From positions 1,116,001 through 1,180,000 of the forward strand of contig JABVCE010000007.1 of NCBI GenBank assembly GCA_014905635.1: a stretch of DNA of 64,000 nucleotides. The letters are read 5' to 3'. Position 1 is the stretch's first letter. Every line of letters begins with the position of its first letter. Under the pieces are notes generated by a model. The model had not been told where the DNA came from. It saw only the letters and a program-made list of their open reading frames with translations, and searched no databases. Position numbers and translations under genes: made by a program. This DNA comes from Scenedesmus sp. PABB004. Taxonomy: Eukaryota. This document shows positions 53,088 through 62,165 of this stretch, one piece after another.

Positions 53088-53679
53088 CGCACCTCAGGCT
53101 GCCGGCGGTCTGCATGGCTGCTGCGGGCGGCGGTGTCGCGGCACCTCCAAAACACGCTGCGGGGCGCGTGTGTGTTCGCGGTGATCGCGAAAAGGCGGGC
53201 GGCCGGGCGCCGCGGCGCGCGCAGTCGCGGCGCTCGGCGCGGTCTCGAAGTCTCGCGACGCCCCGCCTGCTCGGCCGGGCGCGCGGCCCAAGCTGCCGCG
53301 CCGAGCCCGCCGCAGCCGCTCTCCGCGGCCTCCCCCTCGCCACCGCGCTCATGGGCGCGCCAATGAGCGGCGGCGGCGGCGACCAGCGCTGGCGCGTCCG
53401 GCGCGTGGGCCGCGCGCGCAGCCGGGGGCGGCGGCGTGCGCGCACTGGCTTGGCCCGGGAAACTGCGTCTGAGTCTCTCCCTGAGCTGCCGCGCCGCCCC
53501 CCAGCTCCGTACGGGCAGCGCGGGAGCGGGGGGGCTCGCGGCACGTTTAGCAGCGCGCCGCCGCGGCGCAGCGCTGGCCGGCCGCCGGCGCCCTGCGCGC
53601 GGGAGCCCTCATCGCGGCGGGCGCAGCATAGCGGGGCCAGGCTGAACACTGGGCGGGCTTGGGTGGCTCCACGGGGCCT
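53088..53679 (-). repeat. Left arm of a ~590-bp inverted repeat (copy of the CPN60B promoter, 5'UTR and exon 1)
   Basis: Reverse complement of 56353-56945 with scattered substitutions and short indels. It keeps ATG CAG ACC GCC GGC AGC CTG AG|GT (ATG at 53115). Confidence 0.95.
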
Positions 53680-53705
53680 TGGGCCAGCCCCACCGCAACA
53701 GCGCG

Positions 53706-54784
53706 TCAGCCGCAGGCCACGCTCCTCAGCAGCGCGCCCGCGGCGCCGAGCTGCAGCGGCCACTCCGTCTCGCCGTCGAGCGCCAGGGCCGGCGCGGGCC
53801 CGCTGCTGGCGGCCAGCCACTCGGCGGCGCTGGGCAGCTCGGGGCACGCCGCGAGCGCCAGTAGGGCCTCAGGCGCTGGGAGTTCGCTGGCCAGCGAGGC
53901 GAGCTGCCGCTGCGCGTCCGCCTCCGAGAGCGCGGCCAGGGCGCAGCCGACCTTGCGCGCCGCCGCCACGGCGCCGGCGGCCAGCCTCACCACCCTGACG
54001 TCGCGGCCGCAGAGTGGCGCGTGTGAGCTCACGGCGAGCCGAGCTCGAGCGGCGAACAGGTCCCGGTCGCGCGCCCCAGCCACGCCCCGCACTCACTGCG
54101 TGGGCTCGGCCGGCTCCGCCGCGTCCGCGCTGCTGCCGCCCGGCACACACGTGCCGTACAGGCCCCGCCAGCAGCGGCTGGGCAGGCCCTCCATCGCGAG
54201 CAGCACCCGCGCCTCCTTAACCAGCATGCCGCCGCCGGCGCCACGCGCCGCGATGAGTGCGCGCAGCGCGTGCTGCACGGCCGGCAGCTCGCCCTGTGCG
54301 GCGGCAGCGCGCGCGGGTCTCGTGCGCGCCCGTGCGGCTCTTGCCGGCAGCGTCCGCCAGCGGCCCCGCCCAGCGGCCACCAGCCCAGACCCACCTCAAG
54401 GCAGAGAAGGGCGCAGGTGGCCCCGGCCGCGAGCAGGCCGGTGACCGGCGGTGGCGCGGACTCGCCGTCTGGCTGGCCGGCTGCCGTCAGCAGCGCCTGA
54501 CGCAGGGCGGGTGCGGTCAGCGAGCGCGGTCGCCGCTGGTGCTGCCGCCGGGCGGCGTGCGGCACCGCCGCACCTGCACGGCCTCGCCCCCGCCTCGCTC
54601 CGTGATGGTCGCGGTCACGCACACTCGCACCAGCGCGGAGGCTTCGATCTGCAGGCCAGGCGAGCGGCGTCGGCGGCGAGCGACAGCAGCGGCGCCCGGA
54701 CTCGCGCTCGCTCGCACGCGCCTGCTCGGCTGGCGTGGCGCCCAGAACGACGTCCAGGAGGCTCTCCTGCTGCACGAGCGCCAT
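53706..54784 (-). CDS. BLUF-like protein, probable divergent MOT7/DYBLUP/TEX47 homologue
   Basis: Five exons give MALVQQESLLDVVLG...LVRVCVTATI...VTGLLAAGATCALLCLEGELPAVQHALRALI...ARVLLAMEGLPSRCWRGL, which follows the BLUF pattern (TG-L...LEG...V..L...I...R). Confidence 0.62.
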
Positions 54785-54885
54785 GGCGCGAGAGTGAGGA
54801 CGCGCGGGAAGGCAGCGGCGGCAGCGCGGCGGTCAACGCCGGCCGAGCACTGTCCTTGCGCGGCGCCCGGCAAAGGTTCGCAGCG

Positions 54886-54890
54886 TTACA
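54886..54890 (-). terminator. TGTAA polyadenylation signal of the Kelch gene
   Basis: TTACA on the plus strand, about 63 nt downstream of the stop at 54954. Confidence 0.65.
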
Positions 54891-54953
54891 ATCGCCGGGG
54901 CCGCATTCGGCGGCGCGCGGCACGCCGCCGGCAGAGCCCCAGGCCGCCGCGCG

Positions 54954-56282
54954 TCACGCGCCGACGTCCACGCCCACCAGGAAGGTGTCGTTGTAGCTCT
55001 CGACAAAGGCGCGCCAGCCGCCCTGCAGCAGCAGCCGCGCGCCGCCGCCGGCGCCGCCGTCGCCGTGCGGCAGCGGCAGCATGACGGCCGCGTTGCGCGC
55101 CGCCGGCGGCGCGCCCGCCACGGCCGGCGTCGCCCACGCGTCGGCCTCGCTGTCGTACAGCGCGACGTCGCCCAGCATCTCCAGGCCGCCGCCCGCGCCG
55201 TAAAAGGCGCCGCCGACGATCAGCATGTACCGCCCGCCCACGGCGGCCGCCGCGGCGGAGCAGCGCGCCGCGGGCCCGCCCGCGCGCCGCTCCCACGCCA
55301 TGCTGCCGAGGTCGAGCCGCCAGCAGTCGTCCAGCATCGGCCCGCTCTGCGGCGCGCCGCCGAACAGGTACAGCCCGTCGCGCAGCGCGACCATGCTGTG
55401 CAGGCCGCGGCTCGACGGCGCGGGGCTGCCCGGCGCGAGGGGCGCCTTGGACAGCGCGGGCCCGCCCGGCGCGGCGGTGTCGAGCAGCAGCACGTGGTCG
55501 TCGCAGCGGTGGGTGTGGATGAAGATCTTTGCCCCCACTGCGGCCGCCTGGAAGCGGGAGATGCCCGCGAGCGCCTCGCCCGCCGGCACGACCGCCTCCC
55601 ACGCCCAGGTCGACAGGTCGAGGCGCCACACGTCGCTGAGGAACGCGTCCGGGCCGCTCACGCTGCTGTCCCAGCCGCCGATCAGCCACAGCGCGTCGCC
55701 GACGACCACCGCCTGCGCGACGAGGCGTGGCCGCGGCGCCGCGGCGGACGCGTGCGCGATGCGCTCCCACGCCTGCGCGTCGGAGCGGAAGCCCCACGCC
55801 TCGTTGCTCGGCGCGCGCTGCTTGTCCGCGTCCTCGGTGTAGCCTGCGGGGCGGCGGCGTTGGAGGGGCGCGGCGATGCGTGCATGCCATGGGGGGGGGA
55901 CGCTGCTGGCTGCGCTGGCCGCTGTTGCCAGGCGCGCAGCGCGGCCCGCCCTGCGCGGGCGGCCGCCGGCCCCCGCGCAGCTGGGCGGCCCCCGCTTGCC
56001 CAGACGCCGGCAGAGGCGTCGCGCCCACCCACCGCCAAAGATGATTGCCGCAAAGCCAGAGGCGTGGCCGGGCGGCAGAGCCACGCCGCACGCGCCGCTG
56101 CGCGGCAGCCCCGGCGGCGCGTCGGTCGCAGTCTGCTCAAACGTGACACGCGGCATCGCAGCTGCCGCACACAGCGTCGTCAGCGGCCGTCGAGCGCTGG
56201 CGGCGGCGCTGGCGGCGCAGGCAGCGGCGAATGCGTGCGCGGCCGAGCGCCCCAGGGCCCCACCGCGCGGCGCGGCAAGCAT
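54954..56282 (-). CDS. Kelch-repeat beta-propeller protein, possibly organelle-targeted
   Basis: IIFGGYTE, LWLIGGWD, DVWRLDL..WAW, RGLHSM..LYLFGG, MLIVGG and LLLQGG. One in-frame intron at about 55843-56033. Confidence 0.88.
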   Translation of the reverse strand: MLAAPRGGALGRSAAHAFAAACAASAAASARRPLTTLCAAAAMPRVTFEQTATDAPPGLPRSGACGVALPPGHASGFAAIIFGGGWARRLCRRLGKRGPPSCAGAGGRPRRAGRAARLATAASAASSVPPPWHARIAAPLQRRRPAGYTEDADKQRAPSNEAWGFRSDAQAWERIAHASAAAPRPRLVAQAVVVGDALWLIGGWDSSVSGPDAFLSDVWRLDLSTWAWEAVVPAGEALAGISRFQAAAVGAKIFIHTHRCDDHVLLLDTAAPGGPALSKAPLAPGSPAPSSRGLHSMVALRDGLYLFGGAPQSGPMLDDCWRLDLGSMAWERRAGGPAARCSAAAAAVGGRYMLIVGGAFYGAGGGLEMLGDVALYDSEADAWATPAVAGAPPAARNAAVMLPLPHGDGGAGGGARLLLQGGWRAFVESYNDTFLVGVDVGA

Positions 56283-56352
56283 GGCTGTCGGTCTCTGGAC
56301 GGTGAACTGGAAGGGCTGGCGAGGCGTCCGTCTGCTCCGCCGCCGTGCCGCG

Positions 56353-56945
56353 AGGCCCCGTGGCGCCACCAAGCCCCCCGGGCCCGCCCAGTGGTCAGCC
56401 TGGCCCCGCTATGCTGCGCCCGCCGCGATGAGGGCTCCCGCGCGCAGGGCGCCGGCGGCCGGCCAGCGCTGCGCCGCGGCGGCGCGCTGCTGAACGTGCC
56501 GCGAGCCCCCCGCTCCCGCGCTGCCCGTACGGAGCTGGGGGGCGGCGCGGCAGCTCAGGGAGAGACTCAGACGCAGTTTCCCGGGCCAAGGCGAGCGCGT
56601 GCGCGCCGCCGCCCCGGCCGCGCGGCCGCGCGCCGGACGCGCCAGCGCTGGTCGCCGCCGCCGCCGCTCATTGGCGCGCCCGCGAGCGCCGTGGCGAGGG
56701 CAGGCCGCGGAGAGCGGCTGCGGCGGGCTCGGCGCGGCAGCTTGGGCCCCGCGCCCGGGCGAGCAGGCGGGGCGTCGCGAGACTTCGAGACCGCGCGGAG
56801 CGCCGCGACTGCGCGCGCCGCGGCGCCCGGCCGCCCGCCTTTTCGCGATCACCGCGAACACACACGCGCCCCGCAGCGTGTTTTGGAGGTGCCGCGACAC
56901 CGCCGCCCGCAGCAGCCATGCAGACCGCCGGCAGCCTGAGGTGCG
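56353..56945 (+). repeat. Right arm of the inverted repeat; forms the Kelch/CPN60B divergent intergenic region plus CPN60B exon 1
   Basis: Reverse complement of 53088-53679. Confidence 0.95.
56670..56792 (+). promoter_or_regulatory. Putative CPN60B promoter elements: inverted CCAAT box (ATTGG 56670-56674) and a degenerate heat-shock element (56773-56792)
   Basis: GTCgcGAGacTTCgaGAC has nTTCnnGAAn-type spacing upstream of a chaperonin gene. Both motifs are retained in the duplicated copy. Confidence 0.4.
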
Positions 56946-59900
56946 GGGGCCCGCTTGGGGGCGCTCCGGCCGTCGGGCGCGCCGACAATTGCTGCCAGCG
57001 CGCGGCGCGGCGCCGCGCGCGCCCGCAGCGCGCCGGGGCGCGCCGGCGACGCCGGCCATCCATTCTGCCGCCCGCAGGGGCGCCAACGCGCGGGCCTTTG
57101 GCCCCGCCCGCATGGCGGGCCGCTCCAGGTGCGTGGCGGCTAGCAGGGGCGCGCGCCCTGGGCATCGCCGCGCCGCGCATGCGCCAGAGCGCCGGGTGCT
57201 GCTTGCCCGGCCGGCAGCGGCCCCCCGCCGGCGCGGCGCGCGGCCCGGCGCCGGGGCGGCCGGCGCATTGCAGCGGCGACATGCCCGCGGCGCCCCTCCC
57301 GCGCGGCCGGGGCCCCGCGCGCGCCGGCCGGCGGCCCACGCGCGCCGTCGCGCCGCCCGCCGCCGCCCGCGCGCAGGCGCACGCACGTCGTGCGCGCCGC
57401 CAAGGAGCTGCACTTCAACCGCAACATGGAGGCGCTGAAGAAGATGCAGGCGGGCGCCGACAAGCTGGCCACCGTGGTCGGCGTCACGCTCGGCCCCAAG
57501 GTGCGCACACAGCGCGGCGCGGCGGGCGCAGCTCGCGGGCGGTGCAGGCCGGCAGCAGGCAGGGCAGGCAGCGGCGGCACCCGGGGCGGCGGCGGCGTCG
57601 GCGGCAGGAGCAGGAGCAGCAGCAGGCGCCGGGACGCGCGCGCGCGCCGCGTGGAGCGCCTGCGCTGCGCGCCCGCGCCGCCGCGCTCACACCGCCGCGC
57701 TCCCCTCCCCCCGCGCCCCCCCTTTTCCCCCACAGGGCCGCAACGTGGTGCTCGAGTCCAAGTACGGCTCGCCCAAGATTGTCAACGACGGCGTGACCAT
57801 CGCGCGCGAGGTGGAGCTCGAGGACCCGGTGGAGAACATCGGCGCCAAGCTCGTGCGCCAGGCCGCCGCGCGCACCAACGACACCGCCGGCGACGGCACC
57901 ACGACCGCGACCATCCTCAGCGCCGCATTCATCGCCGAGGGCCTCAAGATCGTCGCCGCGGGTGCGCGGCGCCACCGCGCCGCGCCGGCGGCAGCCGCGC
58001 CGCGCCGCGCCGTGTGCCGGCGCGCGCACCGGAACGCGACACGCCGCCGCCTGAACACGCCCGCGCGCCGCGCCGCGCCGCGCCGCGCAGGCACCAACCC
58101 GGTGCAGCTGACGCGCGGCATGGACAAGACGGTCACCGCGCTGGTCAAGGAGCTCGCGGGGCTGTCGACCGAGGTCGCGAGCGACAAGGACCTCTCCAAC
58201 GTGGCCGCCGTGTCGGCGGGTGCGGCGCGCCGCCGCGCGGGCCTGCCCGCGCGCGCGCGACGACGGGCGAGGGCGGGAGGGCGGGCCCAGCCGCGGGTGG
58301 CGCCGCCAGAGGCAGGGGGCAGGGGCCGCGCCGCCGCGCGGCGCGCCGTGTTGTTGGGGAGGCGGGCGGGCGCCGGGCGCGCGCGCCGACCCGGGGCCCT
58401 CCTCCCGCCGCGCGCCGCAGGCGGCAACGCCGAGATCGGTCAGCTCATTGCTGACGCGATGGCCAAGGTCGGCCGCCAGGTGCGCGCACAGCGGCGCCGC
58501 GCTCGCACCACTCGCGCGCCGCCGCCGCCGCGCCCACACCGCGCTCGCCCCTCCGCCGCGCCCACCCCTGCGCCCCTCCGCCCCTGCGCGCGCGCGCGCC
58601 TGTCTCCGCCCGCGCGCCCGCCAGGGCGTGGTGACGATGGAGGAGAGCAAGACGGCGGAGGACGCGCTCGTGTTTGTTGAGGGCATGCAGTTTGACCGCG
58701 GCTACTACTCGCCCTACTTTGTCACAGACCCCGAGCGCATGGTCGCAGAGTACGAGAACTGCCGGTGAGGCCGCGGTTGCGCACGCCCGGGCGTGGAGGG
58801 GAGGGGCCGGGGAGGGCGGGGGGCGGGGAGGGGGGGGGAGTGGCGTGGGGCGCGGGCGGCGCGCCTTGCGCGCGCGCGCCCCGCCGCGCGCGCCGCGCGC
58901 GCCGCCCCACCCCCGCCGGCTCACACCCCGTCCGCGCCCGCGCGCGCCCTCAACAACACCCAGCGTGCTGCTGGTGGACAAGAAGATCAGCACCGCGCGC
59001 GACGTCATCGGCCTGCTCGAGGCCGCGATCCGCGGCAACTACCCGCTGCTGATCATGGCGGAGGACGTCGAGCAGGAGGCGCTCGCGACGCTCGTGGTGA
59101 ACAAGCTCCGCGGCACGCTCAAGGTCGTCGCGGTCAAGGCGCCCGGCTTCGGTGAGCCGCCGCGCCGCCGCGCCGCGCCGCGGCGGGCGGCGCCCGGCGG
59201 CCGCGGGGCGCGCCGCGCGCTCGCGCCTCCACCCCCACCCACCCACCCGCCACACCACCACCACACGCACACACTCGCACGCGCACGCGCACACGCACGC
59301 GCCGCCCTCACCCGCCACCACCGCCCCCGCCCCCAGGCGAGCGCAAGACGTCGTACCTCGAGGACATTGCCATCCTCACTGGCGGCACGCTGGTCAAGGA
59401 CGAGCTCGGCGTCACGCTCGACAAGGCCGACGAGAGCGTGCTCGGCCTCGCCGCCAAGGTCGTCATCAGCAAGGAGGCCTGCACCATCGTCGGCGACGGC
59501 CGCACCCAGGCAAGAAGCAGGGAGGGGCGCCAGGGCCTGCGCCGCGCGAGGGGGCCTGCCTGCAGTGCAGGGGCCTGAGCCCGCGGCCCGCGCGGCCCGC
59601 GCGGCCCGCGCGGCCCGCGCTGACGCACGCGGCGCCCGCGCGCGCGCAGGTGGACGTCGACACGCGCGTGAAGCAGATCCGCAACCTGGCCGAGGCGGCG
59701 GAGCAGGAGTACGAGAAGGAGAAGCTCAACGAGCGCATCGCGCGCCTCAGCGGCGGCGTGGCCATCATCCAGGTGCGCCGCGCTGCCGCCGCGCGCGCCC
59801 TCCCGCGCGCGGCTCCCGCGCCCGCTCGCGGCGGCGGCGGCGCTCGCGGCGTCGGCGGCGCGCGCGGCGTCGGCGGCGGCAGCTGCCGACTTGTGGTGGG

Positions 59901-61422
59901 ACAGGCGCACGCCGCCGTCCTGCCCCGGGTGGGGTCTGCTTGTCCTCTGCTTGTCCAGGACAGCGGCGTCCACCTGGGGCAGGACGGCGGCGTGCACGTC
60001 GCGCAGCTCAGCGGCAGGTGCACGTCGCTGTCCTGCTCTATGATGGCATGGAGCAGGGCGGCGACGCGCACCTGCCGCTGGAGCAGGGCGGCGACAGGTC
60101 ACGTCTGCGTCCTGCTCGTTCAAGCAGGACAGCGGCGTGCACCTGTCGCTGTCCTGCTTGTTCAAGCAGGACAGTGTCGCTGTCCTGCTGTGGTCACGTC
60201 TGCGTCCTGCTTGTCCAAGCAGGACGTGTCGCTGTCCTGCTTAAACAAGCAGGACGCAGACGTGACCTGTCGCTCCTGCGCGCCTCCCCCCCTCAGCACA
60301 CGCGCTCGCCTTCTCCCCCCCCCCATTCGCTCCCTCTCGCTCCCCTCTCTCACACACACGCACATCAACTCACACCCAACACGCCCCTCCCCCTCCCCGC
60401 ACGCGCGCGCGCAACCACGCACGCACACGCACGACAGGTCGGCGCGCAGACGGAGACGGAGCTGAAGGAGAAGAAGCTGCGCGTGGAGGACGCGCTCAAC
60501 GCGACCAAGGCCGCGGTCGAGGAGGGCATCGTCATCGGCGGCGGCTGCACGCTGCTCAAGCTCGCGGCCAAGGTCGACGCGATCAAGGACACGCTCACCA
60601 ACGAGGAGCAGAAGGCGCGCGCCGCGCCGCGCGCGCACGCGCACCGCCCGCGCGCCCGCGCGCGCGCGCCCGCAGCCGCGCCCCGTCTCGAGGCCGCGCG
60701 CGCCGCCTCACGCCCCGGCCCCGCGCCCGCCCGCCGCCGCCCGCGCCCAACACCCCAACGCCCCGCCACCAGGTGGGCGCCGAGATTGTGAAGAAGGCGC
60801 TCACGTACCCGCTGAAGCTCATCGCCGAGAACGCGGGCACCAACGGCAGCGTCGTCATGCAGCGCGTCATCGACAGCGCCGACCCCAACTACGGCTACAA
60901 CGCCGCGATCGACAAGTGCGCCGCGCCGCGCCGCGCGCTGCGCCGCGCGCTGCTCTGCCGTGCCGTGCCGTGCCGTGCCGCGCGCCGCGGCCGGCGCCCG
61001 CGCACGGCGTGCCCTCTCCGCCTCGGCTCTCCTCCCTCGCTCACCCGCGTCCCGCCCCGCCCCCTCAACTGCAAAGGTTTGAGAACCTGATGGACACCGG
61101 CATCATCGACCCCACCAAGGTCATCCGCTGCGCGCTCGAGAACGCCTGCTCCGTGGCCAAGACCTTCCTGCTCGCCGGTGCGGCGCGCGGCGCCAGGGGG
61201 CCGCGGGGCGCGGGGCGCGGGGCGCGGGGCAGGGGGTGGGGCAGAGGGCGCCGTGCGGCGCGGCGGCGGCCGCGCCCGCGCGCGCGGCGTGCGCGCCCAC
61301 ACTCCGCCGCCGCCGCCGCGCCCGGCGCCCCGCGCGCCGCAGACGTGGTGGTGACCGAGATCCCGGAGAAGCAGCCCGCCGCCGCGGCCGCGGCCGGCGG
61401 CGCCGACGACTACGGCTACTGA
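56918..61422 (+). CDS. CPN60B: Chloroplast chaperonin 60 beta subunit
   Basis: Transit peptide [32 protein letters not shown], then [71 protein letters not shown] and GIIDPTKV. Confidence 0.97.
59907..60273. repeat. Nested palindromic (foldback) element inside a CPN60B intron
   Basis: Three long inverted-repeat stems and four copies of a 22-nt near-palindrome (consensus GTCCTGCTTG-NN-CAAGCAGGAC). The segment is visibly less GC-rich than the rest of the intron. Confidence 0.9.
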
Positions 61423-62165
61423 GCGCGCGGCGCGGCGCGGCCCCGGGGCTGGCGGCGTGCTGCGGCCCCCGGGCGCCCGCGGCGGCGCGGCCGGCGGCCG
61501 GCGGCTGGCGACGCCGGCGGCGGCGCGCGGCAGCAGCTGCTGTCGCGCGTGGCGCGCGCGCGCCGGCCGGGCGCAATAAGGCAGAAGCGGGCGGCTTCTC
61601 TCCCTCCAGCCGCGCGCCGGCGGCGGGCATTCCTCTGCCTCGCGCGGTGTGGTAACCCTCAGACCACAGACCGCGGACGCGCGCACGCGCACGGTCCGCG
61701 GCGGCGAGGGCGCCGCGGCAGCAGCGAGCCGCCGCGCATTTCGGGCCGCCCCGCGCCGCAAACACCACGGCGAGCTGCGCGCGCTGGCCCCGTGGGGCTG
61801 GGTGCCGCCAGGCGCCGATTACAAACCGCAGACCGCCAGCGCGTCCCGCAGACCTGCTGGCAGCTGGCGAGTGAGCGCTGCGCCGGGGCTGCTCCCGCGG
61901 CGGCGTGCGCCGCCGCCGCCGTGAGCGCTCCTGCTCACGCACCGCCGTGTGGGCGCGGGCGCGGCGGCGGTGCGGCGCGCCAGCGGCGCTTGTGACACGG
62001 GGGCCGTTGCTGCGCCCGTCACCGTGCGCGCCGACCGCGCCCGGCCGCCCATTCTCGCGCATGATCGGCCCACGCCGCCTGGGCGCCCGCTGCCTCACCG
62101 CCCTGCTCTCTCGCGCACTCGGCAACCCCTCCCTCGCCCCAAGCTGCTCCGACCCCTCCCGCAGC

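Noticed and set aside
53088..56945. Pack-MULE or other TIR transposon carrying two genes
   Set aside because: There is no target-site duplication (CCGGCGGCG versus GGGGCCCGC) and no transposase, and the arm is host promoter and exon sequence.
60109..60255. CRISPR-like array of four 22-nt palindromic repeats
   Set aside because: The spacers are unequal (20, 31 and 8 nt) and made of the same motifs, there are no cas genes, and it lies in a eukaryotic intron.
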